Virus record (IMG/VR): IMGVR_UViG_3300042923_000175
Coordinates: 1-54,480 of that record
Source: a virus
Taxonomy: Duplodnaviria > Caudoviricetes
Reading direction: 5' to 3' (one strand)
Length of the DNA: 54,480 nucleotides
Part shown: positions 18,501-26,715 of the stretch, piece after piece
Layout of the letters: the number at the start of each line of letters is the position of its first letter
How positions within the stretch are numbered: the first letter of the stretch is position 1
Program-made: the position numbers and the translations under genes
The notes under the pieces: generated by a model
Told to the model about the DNA's origin: nothing
Seen by the model: the letters and a program-made list of their open reading frames with translations, nothing else
The model's database searches: none

Positions 18501-19597
18501 TTTGAAAACACATAATAAGCATCTAATATAAAATTATAGAAATCATTTGAAGCCCCTAACATATTTATTGGAATATATTTATCATAATAATTAGGGTTGG
18601 CTTCAAATACTTCTTTACAGTGATATGCTATACCACTTAGTTCAAATTTTACATTTGTCATTATATTGTTATATTCAGCCCAATCTAATTTCTTACCTGA
18701 TGGAGACACATCAATAAGTCTTCTTATCAACCCTGACTTAGCATCAGTAATTTTAACTGGCTTATTAGTACCCATAAATAGAAATGCCTTAAATTTTGAA
18801 GCGTAAGTCGATTTAAACTTTTCATTAACGGTCATCAATTCATGAGATACCAAACTATTAAGTCTAGTGTTATCTTCGATTCTTGATAAATCACCATCAT
18901 GTTGTATAGCTATTAATGGGTTACTCTTAAATGCTTCGAGAGCAAACGAATTGCTAGAAGACCCTAATGCTTTAGCATCAAACACTGAATAATAACCGTG
19001 AAACAATTCTTGTATAATGTTTAATATAGTACTCTTACCTGCTCCTGCCGAACCATATAACACCATAAATTTTTGTATATGCTTTGAGTCTCCGGTTATA
19101 ATTGAGCCTATGGCCCATTCTATTTTATGTCTTTCTTCTGGAGTATATAGAGTTCCTATAAGTTTATCAAAACCTGAATATGGTCCTTTCACTAATGGAT
19201 AATCTAATCTTTTACTAGCATATTCTTTTTTATCAGATTCACTATTCGAGAAAATTATTTTTTCATCTAGCGATATATAATTATCTCGCATTTGTTTTTG
19301 ACAATACTTATGCCAGTTATCGATCATTCCTGTTTCTGCATCCCACATGTGTAAAACTTTAATATCAGAATTAAAGGTACTTTTATTTTTTTCGTAATAC
19401 TCATTTAACTCTTTGTCTATCAACATCAAAGCATCGTTTTCATCAGTACACCAAAGACCTTTATTTTCGTTCCAAATTGCGTAAAAATCGCCACCTCTTA
19501 TCATTAAATCAGAACTTTTCTTTATTATAAATTTAGGGTATATCTCTATGCAGCCACGTTTAGTACTCCTAGAAGACACAACTAAAAAGTCAAGCAT
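15554..19597 (-). CDS. Trifunctional replicase: SF3/D5-like helicase + AEP primase + family B DNA polymerase with 3'-5' exonuclease
   Basis: GSAGAGKS Walker A; VIDFD...ELSKSGAGIHLHY; FFDVEVF exo I; LDVASMHP, K..INSGYG, IKTDS polB motifs. Confidence 0.88.
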   Translation of the reverse strand: MLDFLVVSSRSTKRGCIEIYPKFIIKKSSDLMIRGGDFYAIWNENKGLWCTDENDALMLIDKELNEYYEKNKSTFNSDIKVLHMWDAETGMIDNWHKYCQKQMRDNYISLDEKIIFSNSESDKKEYASKRLDYPLVKGPYSGFDKLIGTLYTPEERHKIEWAIGSIITGDSKHIQKFMVLYGSAGAGKSTILNIIQELFHGYYSVFDAKALGSSSNSFALEAFKSNPLIAIQHDGDLSRIEDNTRLNSLVSHELMTVNEKFKSTYASKFKAFLFMGTNKPVKITDAKSGLIRRLIDVSPSGKKLDWAEYNNIMTNVKFELSGIAYHCKEVFEANPNYYDKYIPINMLGASNDFYNFILDAYYVFSKDNSTTLKASWEMYKNYCADSNIQYPLSQRAFKEELRNYFNEFRERDAIDGTRVRNVYVGFKKDIFLENKHDDIPDKIITEYQIDFKDNIKSILDSDLSECKAQLATEDEKPSYKWDNVRTKLSQINTKKLHYVKVPLNHIVIDFDIPDKNGNKSFELNLEAASKWPKTYSELSKSGAGIHLHYIYTGDVNKLSRVYDEHVEVKVYNGNSSLRRKLTKCNNLPISEISSGLPLKKGDNMIDNNIIKNEKMLRIMIKKNLNKEIHQGTKPSVDFIYKILEDANKAGFGYDVTDMRNSILAFAANSTHQADYCIKLVNKMSFKSAEVSDSVPSKKDEIIFFDVEVFPNLFLINWKIRGEGKPVVRMINPKSAEIEELLKFNLVGFNCRRYDNHMLYGCLMGYNNEQLYKLSQRIISGDKHAFFGEAYNLSYTDVYDFASAPNKQSLKKYEIQLGLKHHELGLPWDQPVPKEKWLMVAEYCDDDVLATEATFDYLENDWTARKILAKMAGMSVNDTTNTLSTRIVFGKNKKPQDEFNYRDMSKAVYFPHECMTKFNGDANWIPDEIDFWNDVKNIPFDSINKHMYDFIKENNILPLKFTAWNGEKSVLPFFPGYKFEFGKSTYRGEEVGEGGYVKAKQGIHVNVALLDVASMHPHSMISECLFGPKFTKRFMDLVNSRIAIKHNDTDTIKTLLDGLLFEVLKEGTYSTKALGNALKTPINSGYGLTSAQFENPFRDVRNKDNIVAKRGALFMIDLMKEVESLGFTVAHIKTDSIKIPNATPEIIDYVMKFGKKYGYTFEHEATYEKMCLVNDAVYIAKYATPEKCKELYGYVPGDCNDHGGDWTATGTQFQVPYVFKKLFSKEPIEFKDLCETKSVSSCMYLNMNTDIPNEQVTAEDMQFIGKVGSFCPMKKGYGGNLLREAVDKKSGDKKYGFVNGTKGYYWLESDMVKELNREEYIDRTVYNELVNDAIKTIEKYGDFEQFVN

Positions 19598-19682
19598 ATT
19601 ATACCTCCTTTATTCTGATTCATCGGGTGTTATATTTATCATTTTAACTCCCCCTGCTCCATATTTTATTTAATTATACAAT

Positions 19683-20219
19683 TTATAATGAGTCTAGATA
19701 CCAACACATTTGGTACCATATTTCTACATTTCTCATATCCTTTTTTATACCATCGATAGTAAATAGACCACCTTCCCCATTTCTATTGTATAGTCTATTC
19801 GTAAATCTATCTAATACTATATTAACGTATTTCTCATCAAATCTGGAATCGCTCATTGTGCCTAATCCTAATGAAACGATCATATTCCAAAACCATAATC
19901 CGGTTCTATCTCCGCACTCATCGTCAGTCATTATAGTCTCTTCACATCTTATTGACAAAGCAATCATCATTTCCAACATACTACAATAAGTATGATCTCG
20001 AAATGTTTGTAGCATAATATCATTTGATATATTCATATCGATAGCAAATCTTCGCCTAAGTCCTTTTCCATCTTCAGCTCTATTCTCATCCATTTCCATC
20101 ATAGGCACAAATTCCGAATCATATAGATGACTCATCAATATTGAATATTTTATATTTGACTCATCATCTATTATCTTATTGCATAGCCACTCAAAATAAT
20201 CTTGTTCTATTCTATTCAT
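19683..20219 (-). CDS. Conserved phage protein, unknown function
   Basis: 178 aa, YFEWL...D.NRAEDG..LR...EIWYQM. Confidence 0.8.
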   Translation of the reverse strand: MNRIEQDYFEWLCNKIIDDESNIKYSILMSHLYDSEFVPMMEMDENRAEDGKGLRRRFAIDMNISNDIMLQTFRDHTYCSMLEMMIALSIRCEETIMTDDECGDRTGLWFWNMIVSLGLGTMSDSRFDEKYVNIVLDRFTNRLYNRNGEGGLFTIDGIKKDMRNVEIWYQMCWYLDSL

Positions 20220-20806
20220 TAATCACCATTCCTTTTAACGTAATCACTTTCATCTCTTAATATTTCATAATCAGTTTTTAATCTTTCATTTCTTATATAA
20301 ACCGCATCTTCTTCATATACCCCAAACTGTTCTTTTATTTCTAATATTGACATGCCTAATGTTAATTCTACATCGTCAACTATTTCTTGGTTATCATTAG
20401 ATATGACATCATCTTGATGGTAGTAAAAAGTATCAGTGTCAAACCCTGGTAGAGAAGCAAAATCTTCAGGGGTAACTACAAATGGGGGTCTGTATTCAGG
20501 AGAAGAACTCAACTCTGCATCTTCGTTAACATCTACAGTTGAATACTTACTATAATTTATTATTTTTTTTGCTTTCTCCATTGATTCATCATATTGTTCT
20601 TCGGTAGATTCTTCTTGAATTTTAGCATCTGGATTTTGTATATTTTTATCTGACTCTTTACAAGTAGTTCCTTGCTGATTTTTCATATGAGATCTTAATT
20701 CCTCAACTTCATCTTGTACCATTTCCTCATATTTATTCTTATGGTATACCCAAGATACACCAGCTCCTATAACTAATCCACTAATAAACATTACTATACT
20801 TTTCAT
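20219..20806 (-). CDS. N-terminal TM, acidic protein
   Basis: FISGLVIGAGVSW TM; GGAGG SD. Confidence 0.8.
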   Translation of the reverse strand: MKSIVMFISGLVIGAGVSWVYHKNKYEEMVQDEVEELRSHMKNQQGTTCKESDKNIQNPDAKIQEESTEEQYDESMEKAKKIINYSKYSTVDVNEDAELSSSPEYRPPFVVTPEDFASLPGFDTDTFYYHQDDVISNDNQEIVDDVELTLGMSILEIKEQFGVYEEDAVYIRNERLKTDYEILRDESDYVKRNGD

Positions 20807-20818
20807 ATTTAATTCCTC

Positions 20819-21361
20819 CTATTTATATGTTGAAAAATAATGATTTGCAATTCTAAATGACGGTCTTCCATATTGTCCATAATGGTCCGCTGTAAAGAAT
20901 ACAATATCGTTGTTACTTCTATTTTTAAATTCTTCTATTATCATTTTATTTAGTTCTTTATTACTTTTACATCTATCATATCGTCCATTCCACATCGATG
21001 AAAATTGACTTTTTTGATATATGACATCATGAACATTATTCGGAAAATGTTTAGAATCTACTCTATTAAATATAGTATCAACTACATATATTTTTCCTTC
21101 GAATGGTTCATCTTCAGCTTCAGCCATAACTACTCTAGATATTAGATTTAAATCTTCATCGGTTAGACAATTATCGTAAGATGTAGTTTCTTCATGAACT
21201 TCTGGTTTAACATTTGCTATTTGTTCTACTATCTCAATGTCTTGAGAAACTACAGGCAATGTATAAGACTCGTCAGCCATTCCAATACCTGTAGGATATA
21301 AGAACACACATATAAATGATATTCCAGATATAATTCGTTTTATCAATATTAGTACCCCCAT
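20819..21361 (-). CDS. SleB/CwlJ-like cell wall hydrolase (Hydrolase_2) with signal peptide
   Basis: LISRVVMAEAEDEP..GK..V...IFNRV....FPN....VIYQ..QFS...I.NHYF. Confidence 0.85.
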   Translation of the reverse strand: MGVLILIKRIISGISFICVFLYPTGIGMADESYTLPVVSQDIEIVEQIANVKPEVHEETTSYDNCLTDEDLNLISRVVMAEAEDEPFEGKIYVVDTIFNRVDSKHFPNNVHDVIYQKSQFSSMWNGRYDRCKSNKELNKMIIEEFKNRSNNDIVFFTADHYGQYGRPSFRIANHYFSTYK

Positions 21362-21477
21362 TATTCATAAGGTTCATTCTCTATAGACATCTTAGGTTCC
21401 TTTATATTTTGAAATAACAGGTAAGCATAATCAAACATATCCCGATAAGGATTACCTGACCCATATCCAATTACCTC

Positions 21478-22392
21478 TCACATTTTATCCCAAATATTTC
21501 CATCGACATTAAAGTCTAATAGTATTACTGGTTCATACCCATTAACAAAATCTCTAGAATTTTCTTTTGTTACATCGAATATACCAAAGTCCACATAATT
21601 ATCTCCATCAGGATTTTCTGGATTATAAACCCAACCAACTACTCTACTAGCTTTTGATTCCGGAATTCCCAACATGTTATAAACATCACTAAGGAATAAA
21701 TATCCTTGGGCTACTAACTTATCGTTAGCATATTGTTGTTGTGCTTTAAGAAACATTTTATTATAGTCAGGGTCTTTAGACCATCCATTACAACCATCAT
21801 CATAAAATCTTGCATAATCACTGTAATCTTCCAAACCATTTTTTACAACATCTACAGTTTCTTTTTTAGTCTTTCCATTCTCGTCAACAGTAGTTATTTT
21901 CTCTTTCTTAATCCCGTATCTAAGTTCTCTATCTATATCTTCACCATATCTTTCAACTACATTTTTTCTATATCTATTGAATGATTCAGTAGCAGTAGTT
22001 AAAGCTGCGGCTAATGCGGCATTTCTCTTATTTAATATATTATGTGATTGGATCATAGCTGCTAATGATATCCCCCCTAATATAACAGCAGGAGCATATA
22101 ATTTAGCAATATCCAAAGCTGTTGATGTATATACTATAGCTAAGTCTTTTTTAGCATCTTGTTCTGTATAATCATCATCTCCAGAATCTCTTAAATCATG
22201 GATTTGTTTTATAGTACTTTTCTTACTATCAATAACTGAATTTAATTTCAATGTTGATTTACAAGCTAGTACTCCTGCTCCAATAACTCCAACTGCTCCG
22301 GCGTACATGAATATTTCAGGTGAATATTTTACAGTCTTAAATTTTAATTTATTTAAAGTTAACATCATTTTTTGTTTGTTCATATTAATCAT
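21478..22392 (-). CDS. Membrane-anchored paralog family member 2 (DUF6353-like)
   Basis: SPEI + Gly-rich TM, YAP + second TM, KRNAALAAA, FLSDVYNMLG, VGW. Confidence 0.8.
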   Translation of the reverse strand: MINMNKQKMMLTLNKLKFKTVKYSPEIFMYAGAVGVIGAGVLACKSTLKLNSVIDSKKSTIKQIHDLRDSGDDDYTEQDAKKDLAIVYTSTALDIAKLYAPAVILGGISLAAMIQSHNILNKRNAALAAALTTATESFNRYRKNVVERYGEDIDRELRYGIKKEKITTVDENGKTKKETVDVVKNGLEDYSDYARFYDDGCNGWSKDPDYNKMFLKAQQQYANDKLVAQGYLFLSDVYNMLGIPESKASRVVGWVYNPENPDGDNYVDFGIFDVTKENSRDFVNGYEPVILLDFNVDGNIWDKM

Positions 22393-22409
22393 TTCCTTTC
22401 AAATTTAAA

Positions 22410-22712
22410 TTAACAATTATTTCTACAATGAATTACAATCGGTCTATTTATTCTAATGATAGAATATGGTCTTATTATCTTTACTATCCCATATCTAATT
22501 GCAATCTTTGGTTCTTCTCTTTTGATAAACTCTTTTAATTCGTCTACTATTGGCATTATAGTTTGTTGAAATATAGATGCCACTGTCTCTACAACGTTTG
22601 TACAATATATATTTATTGCCTTTACTACGTTACTAATGGCTTCTCTTTGTGTATCTGTAATTTCAATTCCTTTCAAATATAAAACATGCTCTAATGCTTC
22701 TTGATCATTCAT
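22410..22712 (-). CDS. Hypothetical protein
   Basis: 100 aa ORF, GGAGG SD. Confidence 0.7.
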   Translation of the reverse strand: MNDQEALEHVLYLKGIEITDTQREAISNVVKAINIYCTNVVETVASIFQQTIMPIVDELKEFIKREEPKIAIRYGIVKIIRPYSIIRINRPIVIHCRNNC

Positions 22713-22724
22713 ATTATTAACCTC

Positions 22725-23075
22725 CTAATTCAAAACTATTGCTCTAGGCATTTTTAACATATGTTTACCATATAATGATGTTATGCGTGTGCCTTCAAGA
22801 CTAGTCCAACCTGTTTTATTGTCAGCAAAATCAGTGGATTCGCCAAGCAAATCGTATAGATCCGCTACTGATGCATATCCATAGTCATCAACTATTTTGT
22901 GTAAAGATTCAAAAACTTTATTGGCTTCCTCTAAAGATTCAAAAAGAATGTCATTATTCTTTCTAGGAATTGTTAATTGTTTAGTTAATTTCTTAATCTC
23001 CGATTTTATAAACCACATAGTACCAATAGAGCCCCCTATAACTCCTAATGTTACTAATAATATATCTTTAATCAT
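22725..23075 (-). CDS. TM-anchored partial duplicate of 23100-23709 C-terminal domain
   Basis: YG.ASVADLYDL.G....DNK.GWT...LKMPRAI.LN shared. Confidence 0.8.
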   Translation of the reverse strand: MIKDILLVTLGVIGGSIGTMWFIKSEIKKLTKQLTIPRKNNDILFESLEEANKVFESLHKIVDDYGYASVADLYDLLGESTDFADNKTGWTSLEGTRITSLYGKHMLKMPRAIVLN

Positions 23076-23099
23076 ATCTGTACACCCTTTCTTATAATA

Positions 23100-23708
23100 C
23101 TAATTCAAAGCTATTGCTCTAGGCATTTTTAATAGATATCCATCTCTAACTCTTACATGAGTAGCATTTCTAACATCTGTCCATCCATATTTATTGTCTG
23201 TGTATTGACCACTGATACCTACAAGGTCATATAAATCAGCTACTGAAGCCATTCCATATACATCAATTAATTCATCCAATCTATTAATTACATCCTCTGC
23301 TTCGCCTCTAGTTTCTAATATGATATCGTCATACGAATATCCGGTATTTTTACTAGACCTTCCTCTATCTCTATCACGGTCGTCCCTATCGTAATAAGAT
23401 CTATAAGATACTCTTGAAGCTGATGATTTTCTATCACCTCTTCTCCTTGGCTCTCCACCGTTTAGCATCATAGATATCCCATTTGTTATGGCATCCTCAA
23501 TGGCATTTTTTAATGCTGGTACTAACACATCTTGCATTATATATTCTTTTATATCCATAAAATCTCCAGATAAGAAAGACCCAAAAAATCCATTTTTCTT
23601 CTTGGATTTAACTGTACCTTTTACTATTTTTTCAACCTTTTCTTTCTTGATTTCTCCTTTATCATCAACCTTTTTTGACACCTTAGAGTTCGGTTTATAA
23701 TTATCCAT
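23100..23708 (-). CDS. Conserved phage protein (start refined to MDNYKP)
   Basis: GGAGG SD; RD-rich linker; domain shared with downstream gene. Confidence 0.8.
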   Translation of the reverse strand: MDNYKPNSKVSKKVDDKGEIKKEKVEKIVKGTVKSKKKNGFFGSFLSGDFMDIKEYIMQDVLVPALKNAIEDAITNGISMMLNGGEPRRRGDRKSSASRVSYRSYYDRDDRDRDRGRSSKNTGYSYDDIILETRGEAEDVINRLDELIDVYGMASVADLYDLVGISGQYTDNKYGWTDVRNATHVRVRDGYLLKMPRAIALN

Positions 23709-23750
23709 TATTGTTCCTCCACCATCTATATTTGTACAAATAAAAAAAAC

Positions 23751-23784
23751 AAAAGAATGAGAACTTGTTATAGTTCCCAAACTT
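23751..23784 (-). terminator. Cassette terminator
   Basis: TGGGAACT-ATAACA-AGTTCTCA-TTCTTTT. Confidence 0.7.
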
Positions 23785-23792
23785 CATTAATA

Positions 23793-24080
23793 CTAATTAT
23801 CAGATTCATCATCTACTTCATGAATATTATTTTCTTCAACGTCCACAAACTCCTCTTGTTCAGATTGCTCTTCCATTTTACCTTTAATATTACTCTTTAC
23901 TTTATTAGATATAGCTTTAACTCCTTTGTACCCGAAATAACCAACTGTGGCTACTCCAACTGCAAATACTCCAGCTAATCCATAAGCAATTACGTTTTCC
24001 TTAAAAGTTAATTTATCAGCAGCTTCCTCAACAATCTCAGTTACTGTGTTCTCCATTAATTCTTTATTCATTTCTTCCAT
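23793..24080 (-). CDS. Small single-TM acidic protein
   Basis: GAAAGGGG SD; YGLAGVFAVGVATVGYFGY. Confidence 0.8.
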   Translation of the reverse strand: MEEMNKELMENTVTEIVEEAADKLTFKENVIAYGLAGVFAVGVATVGYFGYKGVKAISNKVKSNIKGKMEEQSEQEEFVDVEENNIHEVDDESDN

Positions 24081-24111
24081 TTTTAATTTCCCCTTTCAAA
24101 TTTAAGTATTT

Positions 24112-24138
24112 CTCATAATAGCACTTGTAAATTCTGCG
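24112..24138 (-). promoter_or_regulatory. Phage promoter motif copy 7
   Basis: CGC-N6-TACA-N5-TATTATGAG. Confidence 0.7.
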
Positions 24139-24141
24139 TAT

Positions 24142-24864
24142 TTAATTGATAGGTACTACATCATAATCTAACACTAAACATGGAACATCATTCTCAGCAA
24201 TTGTAGATGAAAACGACGGTTCTAATTCACCTTCATCAATATGCCAACCAACCTCGCATCCTATTTTTATAGCTGATAGACCTATTTCTGAATAGAAATC
24301 ATTCAAGTCCATTGACATCTCACTTCTAAGTCTTTTATTTATCCAATTGGCGGCTCTCTCGATATCATTGACGCTGCTCTTAAAATATCTTCCAGACATA
24401 TTATCGTATATTAATACATCACCCTTTGAAGTCACTGTAACTTCTTTATTACTAATAGGATCTCTTCTTAATTTTTCCGCTGCAACTTCTCTTTTTATTT
24501 CTTCATATTTTTCAGGATCTACAATATCTCTAACCTTTTCTTTGTAAGTTTTAAACGCTGTTTCACTAACTGTATAAGCAGTTGTTATTGCAGCTATCTT
24601 ATTATTGGTTATATTTCTAGAACATATTATCTGTGCAATACCCAAGCCTGTTAATAGAACAGATGGTATATACAATGGTGTTATAGTCTTAACCTTTTCA
24701 ATGGCCTTATCTTCTTTTTTCTTTTCCATCAACTTGACTGCCTTGGGTGTCTGTCTAATTGCTAATGCTCCACCGCCTAATATACAAGCAACTCCACCTA
24801 CTAATAATAAATCAGATGCATTTTTAGTTAATATATTTTTTACATTTTTACTATATGAATTCAT
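24142..24864 (-). CDS. Membrane-anchored paralog family member 3 (DUF6353-like)
   Basis: Two TMs, TPKA, YIP, YDNMSGRYFKS, LNDFYSEIGL, VGW. Confidence 0.8.
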   Translation of the reverse strand: MNSYSKNVKNILTKNASDLLLVGGVACILGGGALAIRQTPKAVKLMEKKKEDKAIEKVKTITPLYIPSVLLTGLGIAQIICSRNITNNKIAAITTAYTVSETAFKTYKEKVRDIVDPEKYEEIKREVAAEKLRRDPISNKEVTVTSKGDVLIYDNMSGRYFKSSVNDIERAANWINKRLRSEMSMDLNDFYSEIGLSAIKIGCEVGWHIDEGELEPSFSSTIAENDVPCLVLDYDVVPIN

Positions 24865-24890
24865 AATAATATCCTCCCGAATACAAAATT

Positions 24891-24922
24891 AAAAGAAAGA
24901 GTCTTTGATAAGACCCATTCTT
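24891..24922 (-). terminator. Cassette terminator
   Basis: GGGTC-TTATCAAA-GACTC-TTTCTTTT. Confidence 0.7.
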
Positions 24923-25067
24923 ATTTTTTATTAAGATGTTTACTAACTTCCTTTGCAATTTTAAGGTCTAATTTTTTGTCATCTAATATTCCTGTTGCCA
25001 CTTGTAATCCCATTCCGATTACGGTAAAGGCAATACTTGCTATTTTTACAACTTTTTCTGTACCCAT
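24921..25067 (-). CDS. 48 aa membrane/amphipathic protein (start refined to MGTEK)
   Basis: AGGAGTG SD. Confidence 0.7.
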   Translation of the reverse strand: MGTEKVVKIASIAFTVIGMGLQVATGILDDKKLDLKIAKEVSKHLNKK

Positions 25068-25095
25068 AATTATCACTCCTAAATTAATATATTTT

Positions 25096-25122
25096 CTCAT
25101 AATAGTACTTGTAATCCTTGCG
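25096..25122 (-). promoter_or_regulatory. Phage promoter motif copy 8
   Basis: CGC-N6-TACA-N5-TATTATGAG. Confidence 0.7.
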
Positions 25123-25137
25123 CAAAGATTATAAAAC

Positions 25138-25165
25138 AAAAAGAAAGAGCCGAAGCTCGATCTTT
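25138..25165 (-). terminator. Cassette terminator with UUCG tetraloop
   Basis: GAGC-TTCG-GCTC-TTTCTTTTT. Confidence 0.8.
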
Positions 25166-25181
25166 ATAAGTAATAATATTT

Positions 25182-25373
25182 TTATTTTCCTGTCAATGTC
25201 TTTATAATTTTAGCTGATTCCTTTAAGATATTATTAGCTAATGTGCTGTGTGATAATAAAGTGTGTTTACCTTCATCAGCCACTGCTGCGAAGACATACT
25301 CAATTTTATTTTCACCACAAAATTTACTAATTCCTTCTACCATTCCTTCTAAAACTTCCATTTTTTCTTCCAT
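25182..25373 (-). CDS. Small hypothetical protein
   Basis: GGAGGT SD. Confidence 0.7.
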   Translation of the reverse strand: MEEKMEVLEGMVEGISKFCGENKIEYVFAAVADEGKHTLLSHSTLANNILKESAKIIKTLTGK

Positions 25374-25401
25374 TTTCATTACCTCCAAAAATTTATTATT
25401 T

Positions 25402-25428
25402 CTCATAATAGGGCTTGTATATTTTGCG
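25402..25428 (-). promoter_or_regulatory. Phage promoter motif copy 9
   Basis: CGC-N6-TACA-N5-TATTATGAG. Confidence 0.7.
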
Positions 25429-25430
25429 TG

Positions 25431-26156
25431 TTATGAAAACATATCATAATTTACTATTGGTTGATTCGAGTAATTTAGATGATAATATTCACAACCATCA
25501 TCGTCCTCCATTTTACTATGTTCGAAGTCGACCCATGGACTAGTTGTGGATGCTCCATAATATCCATCATATACTGACCAACCAAGATATTCTCCAGCTT
25601 CAGTTTGTTTTATTCCTAGCATTTTATAAAAGTCATTTAATGTAGCATGACCGACTATAGATAATTGTTTGTTAAACATATATTCGGCTTTAAGTACGTT
25701 GTCTATGGTACTAGTAAAGAACTTACAGGTATATTCTTCATAGAATATCTTTTCCCCGGTTCGTTCTATATAAATATCTTTTGGTACGTTTTGTTTAACT
25801 GCTTTCTTTAATATTTCATCTCTAGTTTGAGAATTAGTATTCTCGTCTACACTATTCCTTAGACTACTATATCTATTTTGCACTGCTATTAATGCATTTA
25901 ATAGGGATATCTTTTGATTCATAGTTGTGTAGTCAGAATAGATTATACAAAGCATAGTACTTAAGGCTACTGTTCCTGATGGAATATAACACTTCCAAGT
26001 TTTCTTTATTTTTTCTCTATTATTCATTTTTTCGTCTATTAATTTACACGCCTTAGTAGTATCTTTTATTGCCGTAGCCATCGTTAAGCCAACCCCAACT
26101 ACTGCTGCAAAATTTAATATAAATTGTTTATCCTTTCTTATAAATTTACTTACCAT
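25431..26156 (-). CDS. Membrane-anchored paralog family member 4 (DUF6353-like)
   Basis: TTKA, WKCYIP, FYEEYTCKFFTS, LNDFYKMLGI, LGW; AGGAGG SD before MVSK. Confidence 0.8.
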   Translation of the reverse strand: MVSKFIRKDKQFILNFAAVVGVGLTMATAIKDTTKACKLIDEKMNNREKIKKTWKCYIPSGTVALSTMLCIIYSDYTTMNQKISLLNALIAVQNRYSSLRNSVDENTNSQTRDEILKKAVKQNVPKDIYIERTGEKIFYEEYTCKFFTSTIDNVLKAEYMFNKQLSIVGHATLNDFYKMLGIKQTEAGEYLGWSVYDGYYGASTTSPWVDFEHSKMEDDDGCEYYHLNYSNQPIVNYDMFS

Positions 26157-26157
26157 T

Positions 26158-26367
26158 TTATTTACCTCCTGATATAGAGAATGAAAATGGTTTATCATAC
26201 GAGTCGATTATCTCTTTAGTGGTTTCAATAGATAAAAAATATCCATTTGTAACTTCTATACACCCAACTATAACTCCTATAATTTCTCCTGAACGAGTTA
26301 CGGGTTTATTAATATAATGGTCAATTTTACCCATTTTTGGAATCGTAGTATTATAGTAATATTTCAT
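26158..26367 (-). CDS. Hypothetical protein
   Basis: 69 aa, AGGAGG SD; loosely similar to 10859-11056 (KPV...GE.IG.IV). Confidence 0.7.
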   Translation of the reverse strand: MKYYYNTTIPKMGKIDHYINKPVTRSGEIIGVIVGCIEVTNGYFLSIETTKEIIDSYDKPFSFSISGGK

Positions 26368-26400
26368 ATTTATTCCTCCTTATAAATTTTAATAAAAAAT

Positions 26401-26472
26401 AAAAGAAATAGAAGCAGCACGGTACCGCCGTTTATTAACGGAATCGAACCGTATTTCTGTATTATATTTCTC
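26401..26472 (-). ncRNA. Small RNA A: permuted tRNA-elbow mimic (T-arm then D-like arm)
   Basis: ACGG-TTCGATT-CCGT then ACGG-CGGTA-CCGT, closed by CAG/CTG and AGAAATA/TATTTCT; own promoter motif and U-tract; no ORF. Confidence 0.7.
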
Positions 26473-26496
26473 ATAATAGGCTATGTATTTTTTGCG
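26470..26496 (-). promoter_or_regulatory. Phage promoter motif copy 10
   Basis: CGC-N6-TACA-N5-TATTATGAG. Confidence 0.7.
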
Positions 26497-26499
26497 TAT

Positions 26500-26691
26500 C
26501 TACAATTTTATAGGATTGTTTATTAATTTTATTCTAGCAGTTTGTAATAATCCATGCTCCTTTTTAAATTGATAGCATAGATTACTTTTTGCTTTTTTAT
26601 CGGTGTTCGCATATGTTGCACCTTCCCATTTGTTAGTTATTAATTGACCAAAACTATTCATTACTGGCCCTTCATACATATAATAATTCAT
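26500..26691 (-). CDS. Small basic hypothetical protein
   Basis: Y.YEGPV..FG.....W...T.A....KA.SNL.YQFK. Confidence 0.7.
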   Translation of the reverse strand: MNYYMYEGPVMNSFGQLITNKWEGATYANTDKKAKSNLCYQFKKEHGLLQTARIKLINNPIKL

Positions 26692-26715
26692 TTTAACATC
26701 CCCCATTTATAAACT

